Source of the DNA: Eledone cirrhosa
Taxonomy: Eukaryota
Reading direction: 5' to 3'
Length of the DNA: 64,000 nt
Assembly: GCA_964016885.1 (NCBI GenBank)
Contig: CAXHJY010001674.1
Span: 1 to 64,000 of the forward strand
This document shows positions 43,741 to 58,575 of this stretch, piece after piece. The notes under the pieces were generated by a model that was not told the DNA's origin, did not search any database, and saw nothing but the letters and a program-made list of their open reading frames with translations. The position numbers and the translations under genes were made by a program. Each line of letters opens with the position of its first letter. The first letter of the stretch is position 1.

Positions 43741-43785
43741 AGTCACTGAAGAGTTCACAGAGTGTGTGACGAAAGAACTATGACT
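43741..43785 (+). ncRNA. Minimal hammerhead, family A copy 2, with a G-to-T change at the base of stem II
   Basis: AGTCA CTGAAGA GTTCAC agagtgt GTGAC GAAA GAAC TA TGACT. Confidence 0.8.
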
Positions 43786-43952
43786 ATATATATATAAACA
43801 ACTATCTGGTTGTGGAACCAACCAACCAACCAGAAATTTATAAATTTGTAAATTTATAAATATATAATAAATTAAATTGAAGTGAAAGCAACTGGTGCGT
43901 GTGTTTCATATTGGCAACATGACCCTCCCAAAGTATAACAATATATATATAA

Positions 43953-43984
<32 letters not shown>

Positions 43985-44005
43985 ATAAATAAATATATAT
44001 ATATA

Positions 44006-44362
<357 letters not shown>

Positions 44363-44395
44363 ATTTATATATATATATATTTATATATATATATT

Positions 44396-44434
<39 letters not shown>

Positions 44435-44671
44435 ATTTATATATATATATATTTATATATATATATTTATATATATATATATTTATATATATATATATTT
44501 ATATATATATATTTATATATATATATAATATAATATTTATTTATATTTATATATATATATATTTATATAATATAATATTTATTTATATATATATATATTT
44601 ATATTTATATATATATATATTTATATTTATATATATATATATTTATATATATATATATTTATATATATATA

Positions 44672-44736
<65 letters not shown>

Positions 44737-44747
44737 TTATTTATATT

Positions 44748-44783
<36 letters not shown>

Positions 44784-44817
44784 TATTTATATATATATAT
44801 ATATATATTTATATACA

Positions 44818-44860
<43 letters not shown>

Positions 44861-44957
44861 TTATATATATATATATATATAAATATATATATATATAAAT
44901 AAATATATATAAATATATATATATATAAATAAATATATATATAAATAAATATATATA

Positions 44958-44991
<34 letters not shown>

Positions 44992-45068
44992 CATAAATAT
45001 ATATATATATATATAAATAAATATATATATATATATATAAATAAATATATATATATATATATAAATAA

Positions 45069-45125
<57 letters not shown>

Positions 45126-45383
45126 AATATAAATATATATATAAATATATATATATATAAATATATATATATATAAATGTATATATATATATAAATAAAT
45201 ATATATATATAAATAAATATATATATATAAATAAATAGATATATATATATAAATAAATATATATATATAAATAAATATATATATATAAATAAATATATAT
45301 ATATAAATAAATATATATAAATAATATGTATAAATATATATAAATAAATATATATAAATAAATATATATATATATATAAATAA

Positions 45384-45416
<33 letters not shown>

Positions 45417-45435
45417 AATATAGATAAATATATAT

Positions 45436-45599
45436 GCAAGCAGGGAAAAGCGGACGTAAAATGATGATGATGATGATGATGATATATATAAATCAATATA
45501 TATAAATAAATATATATATATAAATAAATATATATATATAAATATAGATAAATATATATGCAAGCAGGGAAAAGCGGACGTAAAATGATGATGATGATG

Positions 45600-45648
<49 letters not shown>

Positions 45649-45727
45649 AATATATATATAAATATATATATATAGATAAATATATATGCAAGCAGGGAAA
45701 AGCGGACGTAAAATGATGATGATGATG

Positions 45728-45729
<2 letters not shown>
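45436..45729 (+). repeat. Three copies of a SINE/LINE 3' tail at about 125-bp spacing inside the TA array
   Basis: GCAAGCAGGGAAAAGCGGACGTAAA(ATG)n starting at 45436, 45560 and 45688. Confidence 0.85.
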
Positions 45730-45758
<29 letters not shown>

Positions 45759-45759
45759 A

Positions 45760-45862
<103 letters not shown>

Positions 45863-45938
45863 AATAAATATATATATATAAATAAATATATATATATAAA
45901 TAAATATATATATATAAATAAATATATATATATAAATA

Positions 45939-45970
<32 letters not shown>

Positions 45971-46211
45971 AATAAATATATATATATATAAATATATTTA
46001 TATATAAATAAATATATATATATAAATAAATAAATATATATATATATATATATAAATAAATATATATATATATATATAAATAAATATATATATATATATA
46101 TAAATAAATATATATATATATATATATAAATAAATATATATATATATATATATAAATAAATATATATATATATATATATAAATAAATATATATATATATA
46201 TATATATAAAT

Positions 46212-46258
<47 letters not shown>

Positions 46259-46303
46259 TATATATATAAATATATATATAAATAAATATATATATAAATA
46301 TAC

Positions 46304-46352
<49 letters not shown>

Positions 46353-46387
46353 AATATATATATAAATAAATATATATATAAATATAC

Positions 46388-46474
<87 letters not shown>

Positions 46475-46519
46475 AATATATATATATAAATATATATATA
46501 TAAATATATATATATAAAC

Positions 46520-46662
<143 letters not shown>

Positions 46663-46708
46663 AATATATATATATATAAATATATATAAATATATATATA
46701 AATATATA

Positions 46709-46740
<32 letters not shown>

Positions 46741-46741
46741 A

Positions 46742-46772
<31 letters not shown>

Positions 46773-46775
46773 AAT

Positions 46776-46812
<37 letters not shown>

Positions 46813-46813
46813 A

Positions 46814-46888
<75 letters not shown>

Positions 46889-46891
46889 AAT

Positions 46892-47050
<159 letters not shown>

Positions 47051-47053
47051 AAT

Positions 47054-47324
<271 letters not shown>

Positions 47325-47377
47325 AATATATATAAATATATATATATATAAATATATATAAATATATATATATATAA

Positions 47378-47410
<33 letters not shown>

Positions 47411-47535
47411 AATATATATAAATATATAAATATATAAATATATAAATATATATAAATATATAAATATATATAAATATATAAATATATATAAATATATAAA
47501 TATATAAATATATATATATATAAATATATAAATAT

Positions 47536-47570
<35 letters not shown>

Positions 47571-47571
47571 A

Positions 47572-47602
<31 letters not shown>

Positions 47603-47719
47603 AATATATATATATATAAATATATATAAATATATATAAATATATATATATATATATAAATATATATATATACAAATATATATAAATATATATATATATA
47701 TAGATATATAAATATATAT

Positions 47720-47788
<69 letters not shown>

Positions 47789-47829
47789 AGTATGTATGTA
47801 TACGTACATACGTATATGTATACAGACGT

Positions 47830-49200
47830 ATAATAGCATGTGGAATGGTCGGTAGTATGTATACAGACGAACAGTAGTATGTGGAATGGTCGGTGAAAAT
47901 ATGCTCGTTTGTAGATAGAGGGGAAAGCCTTAAAGAAACTTTTCCTACCAGGTTCTCGGTTATGCTGGCAGAATGGTTAGAATGCTTGCTTATGTAATTA
48001 AGCGTATCATTCGGCTTTCTATACGGGTAGTGCAAGCCATTCGAAATATTCAGGGTGACGTCGATGTAATTAACGACCGAGAGGTTGACCTCAACCTGTA
48101 TGGAGAGGTTGAAGCCTTTAAAGAAGGCTGTAGTTCATTTGTGAACCTGTTGCAAGTGCGTGGGCCGCACTTTGTCATGGTTAAAGACCGTGATCACGGT
48201 ACAAACCACCGCCCACTTTGGGGAATTCTTCCTTGATAGAGAAAAGAAGGAAGAGGCCGATAAGATCAGTAACCTCCGCAGAATTGCTGGCCCCCATACT
48301 CACATCGAACGGGGTACTATTAGATTTTTTAATCCAAATAGGGTCGTCGAAATTAATCACCGATTTACGGGCATTGAGGATGACAAACTTCGAAATCCTT
48401 AACCACCGTGAGCGTTTTAGCGAAATTTATAGCTCTAAGAAGGAGTGGTAAAAAGGATTTAGGAGTAGTAATTATTGATGTCGAATTGGATAAACGGCAA
48501 TGTTCCTAGTTGCATATGCCGTTGAACAAGTCAATCACCGCGAAAGAATTGTTCCATAGTGCAAGTATAATTCTATCTAAAATCCTTTTACTAGGTCTAC
48601 CTAAATCGGAATTTGTAGGGTTAATAAGCCGAATAGAGGGGTCGTTCGGGAAATTGGATGTATGATCTTTCATGGTAAAGTGGTGAAAAATAGGGTCCAG
48701 AGGTTCAGTCCGGTCCATGATGTTGAGATCAGAGGTGATTTTAAACCCAGCATCGTTGATGTCATTAATGACACTCTGATTAGTTTGACGGTAGTCCATA
48801 GTTACAGCATTATGTAGCATTTGATGGTAAGAACTGCGCTCCACTTGATATAGATTGCCAGTGTTGTCGGATTGGACGTGTACGGCATTAGAATCCTTAA
48901 TAGAACAAATTCTATTCTTCAGGTCCTGCTGGAAGGAATTGCTCCTATTCCGAAATTTGATACTCCGTATGATTTCAAAGACATCATTTTCGAAGGGTGG
49001 CAATGTTGGGTTATATATGTTTTATATATGTTTCCCGTTCTTAGCCAGGGAACGTTTCCACGAACCAAAATATCGTCTTGTCTTCCTTCGGTTGCAAGGT
49101 TTTTCGAAATATTTATTTCTGCGTTCACAATTTTAGTTTCAGAAGATCCCTTTAAGGGTGAAAGCAGCGATTCTTTGCTTAAACTTTAATCTGTTATTTT
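47830..49200 (-). pseudogene. Decayed PLE reverse transcriptase of the YRDD type (possibly Hydra clade); endonuclease absent
   Basis: Minus strand gives SDNTGNLY, KDH..FPNDPSIRLINP, FIQFDINNYY, FDVSMGASNSAEVTDLIG, GLYRDHGL and [17 protein letters not shown], with stops and frameshifts. (TA)n lies on both sides. Confidence 0.85.
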
Positions 49201-49225
49201 AATAAATATATATATATATATATAT

Positions 49226-49528
49226 TAAATTAATATTTGATGAACATTTACATGTTATAGTTGCAATTGACTAATAAGATCGCTAGAGTGAAAAATCTTA
49301 ATTCAACAACATAAGGTCTGCCTGTACGATCTAGAAAATAATAAATCAATACTCACAGACTCATATGGGCCAAAAGGCTTTTTGCCCATATGAGTCTGTG
49401 AGTATTGATTTATTATTTTCTAGATCGTACAGGCAGACCTTATGTTGTTGAATTAAGATTTTTCACTCTAGCGATCTTATTAGTCAATTGCAACTATAAC
49501 ATGTAAATGTTCATCAAATATTAATTTA
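49226..49528. repeat. Perfect 303-bp palindrome (145-bp arms, 13-nt spacer)
   Basis: 49226-49370 equals the reverse complement of 49384-49528; no mismatch seen by eye. Confidence 0.95.
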
Positions 49529-49595
49529 TACTGCTCAGAAGCGATTCCTAGAGCTGAAATGATTGTAAATGACCTCTCTGGGTCTAAACTCTAAG

Positions 49596-49646
<51 letters not shown>

Positions 49647-50265
49647 AAAGTTTCACTCTACATGGCTGAATAGTATAAATGTATTCTGAGTTTTTCGAAT
49701 ATTGATAATAACATTCAATTCGTTTGCAAAACACAAGGGCAAGGATGAAGTGTACATCCTGCTGACATGGTTATAAAATTGAGGCATGTTGCAAACGAAT
49801 TGAATGTTATTATTAATATTCGAAAAAACTCCGATTACATTTATTGTATTCAGCCATGTAGCGCGAAATTTTCCTTTTTATTTGAATTTGGCAAAGCCGC
49901 CCATGTATCGCTCGTATACAGGAAACTGACTGGCCAGTCTGCTGATACGCAAATCTGGCTGATCAGTGGATCTGCAAATATGCAGATCTGACTCATCAGC
50001 CCGTCTGCTAATATGCAAATCAGGCCGTCAGTCACTGTGTATTTTTGAAAATATATTTTCACTAGCTCTGACAGTTTGGCAGGTGAACAGTGAGCTGTAC
50101 TGATGGAGTGTGATTCCCAGACCCATTAGTTTCTGCAGTTCTGTTCGTATGCCAACATAAGAGCAAGAATCAAGTGTTCATTCTACTGACATGGCTATAA
50201 AATTGAGGCTTGTTTGCAAAATTGCAAACGAATTGAATGTTATTACTATTCGAAACAACTCCAAT

Positions 50266-50270
<5 letters not shown>
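49647..50270. repeat. Composite repeat: imperfect inverted arms (49647-49729 and 49790-49871) plus a direct copy at 50186-50270
   Basis: Shared core TTGCAAACGAATTGAATGTTATTA..TATTCGAAA; bounded by (TA)n at both ends. Confidence 0.8.
49937..50035 (+). repeat. Three imperfect 33-bp tandem units
   Basis: Units start at 49937, 49970 and 50003 with consensus near RTCTGCWRATAYGCARATC. Confidence 0.7.
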
Positions 50271-50312
<42 letters not shown>

Positions 50313-50315
50313 TAT

Positions 50316-50425
50316 TTCAAAATATTCATAAATATAGACATTCAACGTAATCAAAATATATTTTATTACATATAATAAAATATATTTTGATGACGTTGAA
50401 TGTCTATATTTATAAATATTTTGAA
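50316..50425. repeat. Palindrome with about 53-bp arms and two mismatches, next to (TA)n
   Basis: TTCAAAATATTCATAAATATAGACATTCAACGT...ACGTTGAATGTCTATATTTATAAATATTTTGAA. Confidence 0.85.
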
Positions 50426-50524
50426 TTAATATTAATAATTCCCTAAAATTTAATTGTTGAATGCTTCTAATCTATTGTAAAACTGTATTCATTGATTAAT
50501 CAATGAACCTTGTTTAACTTTTGG

Positions 50525-50582
<58 letters not shown>

Positions 50583-51611
50583 CTTATAGCCCTTGGGTAT
50601 GCGTAGGACTGGTGTTCTATTTACATTTTACCGATGGATGTAATCCCATTGAGTATCAGTTCTCGAATGAGGATTACTATTACCTTTTTTCTCTGGTTGA
50701 GTATTACCAAGAGTCTTAGGTCCGTCTCGAATCATCATTCTGAAATGTATGAATATTTGTTGAGGCATACACGTGTCTGAACCATTTTGTAAACCTCGCA
50801 AACCTCTCACATTCATCGAAGATAAAGGAATAGAGCCTTATCTGTAACATAATGTGATTCTTCTTATCATATATTCTCGGCATGACATCCGATATTGCCA
50901 ACACTTTCCTAATGTTGATTATGAAGCATTCTTAACTGTTCATTAACGCACCAAATTGTTTAACTGACCCAATCAATGGGTAAATTTTTAATTGCTAGAC
51001 CAATATATGGAACATTCTCACAAATATATAGCGTCTGAAGCAAAGAATAAACCGAGGAACATAGATAGAAATTTCATAGAATCGAATCCCGAGTAAAACT
51101 TTAGAATATCCTGAAAAACTATTTTTTTTTTTTTTATTGAAATTATGAAAAAAATTTAATGATACTTTCCATAACAGATATGATTTCATGCAATCTTTTA
51201 AACGCTGATGAGGAGAGCCTGGTAAGGCTAACATTAGAAACATATAGAAAATTGTAGTTAAGTCGTATCTGCGCCGATGGAAATAGTTATTTCTTTTTTA
51301 ATCAAAGCTTGCTATCTAATTCGTTCTAATATAAAAAACGGGGCAAAAGCTAACGTTTAGGATATCTTTAGGATATCTTGAAAATAAATAGAAGTCAATC
51401 TTTTAAATATTCCAAAGAAAACAAATCTAAATCAAACAAAACCTTTGAACTTAGGTTTTGACATATATATTCAGTTGTGTTTCCCAAAATGCATTTTATG
51501 TTCCCTTATTTACTGTTAGAGAGAGAGTATATAATGGCATCTGTAAACTCGCTCCACGCACCTTAACACACTATCGGAAATTATACTTTCGGTTATGATC
51601 TGTATTATAAT

Positions 51612-51789
51612 TGTTTCTACTATTGGCACAAGGCCAGCAATTACCCAGTACATTACTGGTACTTTAATGTATCGACCCCGTAAGGATGAAAGGCAAAGTT
51701 AACCTCGGCGGGATTTGAACTCAGAATGGCAAGGGCCGTAACTCTATGCGTCAAAGCATGGCGTCCGATACTACCAATCCACCGCCCTT
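51612..51789 (-). mobile_element. tRNA-derived SINE, full length, 16-bp TSD
   Basis: Minus-strand head GGGCGGTGGATTGG and B box GAGTTCAAATCC. TSD TGATCTGTATTATAAT at 51596-51611 and 51790-51805. Confidence 0.92.
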
Positions 51790-52149
51790 TGATCTGTATT
51801 ATAATGAAGGTGAGATTACAATCACTATTTTCTTGGTAGTCCAGACAGTAATTTTTTAGAGAATGACATTGAATATTCTCAACTTGCCACTTACTCTGTC
51901 ACACAAGCCACATTACCTGTAACCAGTGCCTTATTAATTTCATTCAATGCAATTGATTTTACTTGGAATATTGGTCCAATACACTCATAGCCCAAACATC
52001 TATTTTGAATGGCGAAATGGAATTATCACATGATCGCAATTGACACGTGCAAAGTGTCCGAACATGGAAGAGCCGAACTCCCACCATCATCGCCCCCCTC
52101 TTTCTGTATGGTGAGCAAATGGTGTCCCATATGCTGGCCGTCCCACAGC

Positions 52150-53425
52150 CCGGGCGGACGGAATAGAGAAGTCGTTTCCCCGGAGGATGGTAAAGGAGAT
52201 GCGCTAGAAGAGCCATTCCATCTCGTGAGGATCACACCTGTGGCTGGCCAGGAGGTAGCACAAGGGCGAAGGACACCAACAGTCTTCACTGCCAAGGGCA
52301 CGACCGCAAACCTGTCTGAATGACTGGTACTTGGAGAGTTTTCCCTCCTCAGCCCGAAGTGCAGCGGAACCTGAGTTAGTCGCAGACTGCACCAGGTTGT
52401 GGCTGGAGAAAGTGTCCCTGCAAGTGGCATCCCAGACGAGGGATTTGCTCCAACGGAGCGAGAAGATGGTCATACCATCTGGACGTTTGCCGTCCCCTCG
52501 GTCCAGCCCCACCGGTTCGAGCTGAGAGGGGAAGCCGGAGGTCAAGCCTCAGGGAAACACCGTTGCACAGGCTATCGTTGTCCAGCTGCAAGCCGGTTTA
52601 GACGGAAGATAAGGCATGGAACCAGGCACCACTGTGGGGTTTGGAGGCCGCGCGAATATAGGCAAGATGGTACTGGTCGACCTGGCACGTGCACCTGTCT
52701 GAGGCCAGGCTGCACTGGATGGAATCCCAATTGCTTTTGGGGAACTTGACGTCAGCAGGGAGAGAAGGCAGGACGCCTGTTGGGCTAAGTCCAAGCCGGT
52801 CCCTCGTCAAGCAGGTGGCCTCACGTTCCTCGATCACAGAGGATTCCATTGTTTTGCAGACCCCTGTTGATGAGGACGTGGCATGATGTTACCGACGAAA
52901 GAAACGACAGCAAAGCCAGTGTGATTGGGGACTGGAGGCCAAGACCACCACATCAAATAGGTAAGGTGGCCTGTTGCCATCCAATGTCATCAAACAGGCG
53001 TTGCATATCTTCTCAGCTACCACCTGGATACAAGTGGTGAGGTCAGTGAGGAGAGATGCGTGGTTGGATCACGGATCGTTGCGAAGGGTATGGAGGATCT
53101 TCGGCATGGCGAAGCAATTCTTCAACAGGAAATGTGCTGGGTGGCCGTCAATCAAGCCCAGTCGGCTCGTGAGGGTCTGGAGTTATTGGAGCCTAGAGCT
53201 GATGGTGGAGCGCATGGCCGCGGGTGGATCGGTGACCGGAGGATGAAGACATCCTCTTTGGGGGTCCCCTGTACCTGGTGGAGAATGGACCGCATGTCCA
53301 AGACTGAGGCTGCAAAGCTCTCAGCATCGTCGTTGACATTCAGCGCCTCCGACTTGGACGAGTTCACCTGGAAGCCGATACTGATTGTAAGGCGTGGCAG
53401 ACAGTCTCTACGGGTCCGCCCAAGG
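52150..53425 (-). mobile_element. CRE-like non-LTR retrotransposon (end of RT plus RLE nuclease), 5'-truncated and decayed
   Basis: Minus strand gives TLGGP, ATLPI.CGGLGL, SGAW, EPVGLDRGDGKRPDG..LVWDATCRDT..AEEGKLSKY, PLAVKTVGV and RISFTILRGN. GC-rich island. Confidence 0.85.
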
Positions 53426-54628
53426 TAATTCTCTTTACAGTCTTTCTGAAAGAAATTATATTTAATATTTCTATGTCTCTGGTCTTAAATATAATCAACC
53501 AGGTCTGATGTGGAGATAAAAACAAAATACTGAATTTAAGTAACCGTTCTAAGGAGGTACAGCTCTAGGCAATATTGTAGTGTACCCAGATGAGATGTCA
53601 TGATTTTTCCTGTATCCAAAATGTTTTGACTTTGAGAATTCCATGGCATTTGTAGATATATGGTTTTTTTTTTCTTAGTAATTCGGCAGTCTCATTTAAT
53701 CACCCACTTTAGCCAGTCAATGACGGTATTTTCTATAATCAATTAAATTCTAAGCATTAAAAGAATAAAAAAGAATACGTAAACACAGAAAGAATATATT
53801 TCTTTATCACATCAGATATCTATTGGTAGAAGCTGCTGGAAAATATTTTGAAATAATCCACCGTACATTATTGATCCAAGGTTATCGTTCTTGACTGCCG
53901 CAGTCTGACCGATTCGTTGGAATTTCGTTTAGTTAAGAGTCTATTAACTACCGAGATCATTAACAAAGTAGCTAATTAAATGATAATTTTGATTGCCTTT
54001 GCACTTTTGAACTTGCTTTTCCATTATAATACGAAAGAAACGATAAATAAACAGGAAAGCCAAAACGTTGCAAGCAAAACAAAAAATATCTTGAAATTTA
54101 TTTTTCATATTAGTTTAAGAATTTTATTGTCCTTGTTTTAAGTTTATTTTTATATGTTCATATGTATAGATGTGTAATTTTCTCATTTCTCTTTTCTCTC
54201 TCACCTGCTTACTGTTCCTCTATGTCGAGCACCCACTCTCTAACGGTTATACAATTTCTGTACCTCTTTTTGCTTCATCTAATAAACTTAAGATTCGTCT
54301 CGTGCTACACAATATTTAACGCTTCACGTTGATCGTTTAAATTAACAAAATTTTTAATGGCAACCTAGAAATAGCAACTTTACTTGTTTGAGTCAAAGAT
54401 CATGATTTTTGTGTGTCAAGTTGAGACTGAACATATGTGTGTGTGTTTCTATGTAATCGTGTATGGAGAATTTTATAGACGAAAACACAGAACGAGTTTA
54501 ATACAGGAAGTAAGAGTGTAATATCGAGGTAATGGATATAATTAAATACATTTAGATGAGTTAGAGGAATTCATTTTGTGTGTCTAGTAGGTACGTCAGA
54601 TGGGTGTCTATCACACACATACAAATGC

Positions 54629-54663
<35 letters not shown>

Positions 54664-56831
54664 GGAGGCAAGCTTGTGGGCATTTCGCATGACTAGATAT
54701 GAGAAGGCGTGTGATAGCATATGAAGTATCTATCTATCCAGCTACCTATCTTGTTATCTTTTATATATACATGTGTATATATATATATATATATAAGTGA
54801 ATTGTCAGGGTTGTATGGTTCTATACATGCATATGGATGTATGAATAAATAGTTATAATGAATCTTCCTGTACGCATCTGCATACATGTGCATTTTTATA
54901 CATACTGCATTACGGGTGCGTTAATACAACATTCTGACCATGCATGTCTTCATAATAAATGTATTCTATAAAGCAGAGTGCTGGTGTATGTGTATGTGCA
55001 TGCATATGTCGGTGTAAGACATGTGCATGCCTATGTCGGTGTAAGACATGTGTAAGCTTGTATTGAATTTTTATTATCTCTATGTTCTTTGATCTATTTC
55101 CTTTTAAGTCTGTATTTACCACATAATGTTATTATTACTAGTAGTAGTAGTGTTAATAGTAGTAGAAGTATTGATGCTATTGTTATGTTGCTGGTGTTTG
55201 TGTAGATGGATGTGGTTGTGGTGGTGATGGTTGTTTTGCTGGTGTTCTTGCTGCTGTTGTTGTTGTATACTTCTTTTCTTTCTTGCTGTTATAGTACTAT
55301 TTTTTGCACTGCAGTCCTTATTGCTGTTTATTTCATTTGATATGTGATACGCTTCTTTCTTTTCAACAGCTCTTTGCCCATTTTCATCCAAAAGAACCAT
55401 CATTATTAAATTGAAACACCCTATTTCGAGTTGTTTCCATCAGTCTCCACACTCTGTTGCTTTTCATTAGCGACTCAGAATCCCCCTTCAGCTTATCGAA
55501 GGATAGCTGCTAATTGCAATCAAAGCTATCTATTCCACTAATTACTATTGATCAAATAGAAGAGCAAGACGGGGATGTGATCAGGGGAAACATTCAAGAT
55601 AGGAAAAAAATCAAAGATTGACAATTTTCGCTGTTAATGGCAATCAGATATGTTTTGCTTGTTTGTTTGGGTGTTTATATGATTGTTTAGATTTATTTTT
55701 ATGTTGTTGTTGTTATTGCTGTTTTCTTTCGGCTTTAGTTGTGTTGTTGATTGGATTTGTATATGATGCGTTGTGTTTGTATGTTGGTGCTGGTGCTGCT
55801 AGTGATGTTTCTGATTTTCGATGCTTATTATTGTTGGCTTTATAATTTCTTCCTTAATTCTATGCCAAACTCACTAGTTGTGAAAGTAACACACTCAGCA
55901 TCTTTTAGCTAGTATTTGCTATTTTTTTAATGTTTGGTTGCGTTTTTAGATTCCTGTTGAGGTTTATGTTCGTCTTCCCCTATCCTTTTTACTATTTATT
56001 TTATTTCGTTTGTTATGCTTGGCTTTTGAGAGATTGTGCACTGCATGGTGTCGTTGAATACTTCATGGCACTAGCAATGTTGTTAAGAGCTCAATAATGG
56101 AGGTGAGAGTGGTAATGATTATAATGATGTTAGTGCTGTAGCTGAGAAGGTTAAGAACAATTCAGCAAAGTCTATCACAAAGCAATTACGTTTTTTTACA
56201 CTATACACTAGTCTACCAACTTCCTAACAAACCACACGACTGTTTTACCATACGCATCGTATTATATATTCCCATCTTGTAGTCATGTTTACATGTTATA
56301 GATAAGCATACACAATATACAAACTAATCTTGACAGTAGATTTTTATCAAAGACAACTTTATTTTTTTTAATGGAAGTCGTTTGAAAAGATTAGGGTTGC
56401 GTATTTAAAAACACGAAGCACATCAAAACGACATCGAAGATTAATAACAAAAGCAATTATAAACAAGCTAATGATAGCAACAACGACATCAACAAAAGAA
56501 ACAACAATAATAATGATAATAATAATGATAGTAATAACTTAACGGACAACAAAATATTAAAAATGAAAAGCAGTCTTAATGTGTTTATTTAATTAAGCCA
56601 TTAATAAAAATCAAAGTATGAGAAGAGGAAGAAAAAAGTGAAATTTTAATTGATATTAAGTTGAAATTATTTGATAAACGTAAAATTGCTACATATTAAC
56701 CCATTTGAAAACCATTAGCAACTATTTGCATCACAAGAATGTTCATCTGTAAAGAGGTTCACCCTCAATTATATTCGGTTATCATACGATATTCTAACTA
56801 CATAGTGTTTACGCTAACAGTTTGTTAACCG

Positions 56832-56901
<70 letters not shown>

Positions 56902-57773
56902 ATATATACACACACACATACAAAGATGCTTGTCGAACAGTAAAATGTTAATTAATTATAAATGATGTTTTTATAAAAGCTATAATTTTTTAATGGAGTT
57001 ATGCATTCTAAGAAAAAATTAATCGATACATAGATCGTTCCCATTCGATTTGTTTCCTTCTACCTAGATTTTAATTCGATATTGTAAGAAAGGACAACAT
57101 TTCGAATCTCATATGTTAAGTATACATCGACTATCTCCCGTATATCATGTGGTAATTCCTTCTCAACAGGAATAATTTGAGAGGTATTTGTGATAGAGCA
57201 CATCGCTCAATTTAACGGTAAATTTTTAGCGCTGTTAACACTATAGAAAACATTCGTACTAGAACACCCTTGACATGATAACCTATTTTTCTGTCGTACT
57301 ACTTCCTCTAGAAACAGTGCAAACGGTAGTGTTGTTTTCTTTAATTCAGCATGTTATTCCAACAAAAGAATATGTGTTCTGATTAATTCAGACTACTTAA
57401 ATGAAATTCGTCATTTTAAAAACAAAATATTCCAAATGGAATTAATTGGGGTGAACCAATGAATAAAAATAAGCAGATTCGTTTCTCCGATGAAATATTA
57501 AAAATTATATTTTCGTTACAAAATATACGAATATTGATGAGTAGAATAATTCTAATTAATTATGGCAGAGATACAACTCTGGAATCTGTCTTGGTTTAAA
57601 TTATTTTCATGCATCTGTTGATATGGTTTTATATCCTCATTTTCATTGTGATAGTCACCCCTCTTCATCTGGTGTTACTTCCGATCGTGTTGTCTTATAT
57701 GTTGTGCCTGGTGAATCTTTTGAAAATTATAATCGAATCCATGGTGCCACCATTCACTTAACTATTAAATAAT

Positions 57774-57887
57774 TGTTTCTACTTTTGGCACAAGGCCAGC
57801 GATTACCCAGTACATTACTGGTACTTTATTTTATCGACCCCGTCAGGATGAAAGGTAAAGTTGACCCCGGCGGGATTTGAACTCAGA
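57774..57887 (-). mobile_element. Same SINE family, 5'-truncated, 18-bp TSD
   Basis: Homologous to 51612-51726. TSD ACTTAACTATTAAATAAT at 57756-57773 and 57888-57905. Confidence 0.92.
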
Positions 57888-58425
57888 ACTTAACTATTAA
57901 ATAATAATACAATCAACGCTATATGGTTTTCTTCCATGTCGGTGTGAGATGCAATTCATACTCAATCAATGATTGCGCCTTCTTTAATATTGCAGTTTCA
58001 ATTTTGAAAATGTTATGGGTATTTCTAAGATTAGCATATCTAACGTGTTTATTCAATTTGTTGCGGTGTGACTTGAGTGAGGATTCCCTGCTCCTATTTC
58101 TAACAGCGATGTTGCTTCGCCTTAGCTGGGTAGGTATTTTAATCAAACAAAACTGTGTGCACACTTATTCTAGCTGTTAACCCCATCTCTGATATTTACA
58201 TTCATTATAAAATTATTCACATATCAATCAGAGATGCAATTCCACGCTGAGTATTGAATCATCATAGGAATAATTTTGAAATTATGAAAATTATTTAAGC
58301 CAATTTAGTCAGGTACAGCCTATTTTCTTTCAATGTATTAACATTTGATTCAGGAAGTATTGTCTTCAATAAAGGTTAACGAAAATGCATCAATTGTACT
58401 CTATTAGCGGTATTATATACTGCTA

Positions 58426-58575
58426 GGGCGGTGGATTGGCAGTACGGTAGAGGGTCGGACGCTATGCTTTGACGTTCTGTGTTCAAATCCCGCCGAGGTT
58501 AACTTTGCCATTCATCCTTACGGGGTCGATAAAATAAAATACCAGTAATGCACTGGGTAGCCAAAAGTAGAAACA
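58426..58575 (+). mobile_element. Same SINE family, about 14-bp TSD
   Basis: GGGCGGTGGATTGG..GTTCAAATCCCGCCGAGG..AGTAGAAACA. TSD ATTATATACTG(C/T)TA at 58412-58425 and 58576-58589. Confidence 0.9.

Larger units (their letters stand above)
42981..43943 (+). mobile_element. PLE family A copy 2 with an inverted terminal fragment (42981-43071) at its 5' end
   Basis: 43074-43943 is nearly identical to 17098-17965, and 42981-43071 is the reverse complement of 40468-40559. Confidence 0.95.

Noticed and set aside
45436-45729. Regularly spaced repeats resembling a CRISPR array
   Set aside because: The spacers are TA microsatellite, the context is eukaryotic, and there are no cas genes.
49955-50002. 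Minus-strand CTGATGA plus hairpin
   Set aside because: No GAAA, and the 33-bp repeat explains it.
50628-50830. LSSMNVRGL resembling an APE endonuclease N-terminus
   Set aside because: No downstream QET or other APE motifs.
51203-51250. CTGATGAG with an AGCCT/AGGCT hairpin
   Set aside because: Spacing to GAAA is wrong and there is no stem I pairing.
55116-55403. Q/H/N/T-rich ORF
   Set aside because: It derives from degenerate trinucleotide repeats.
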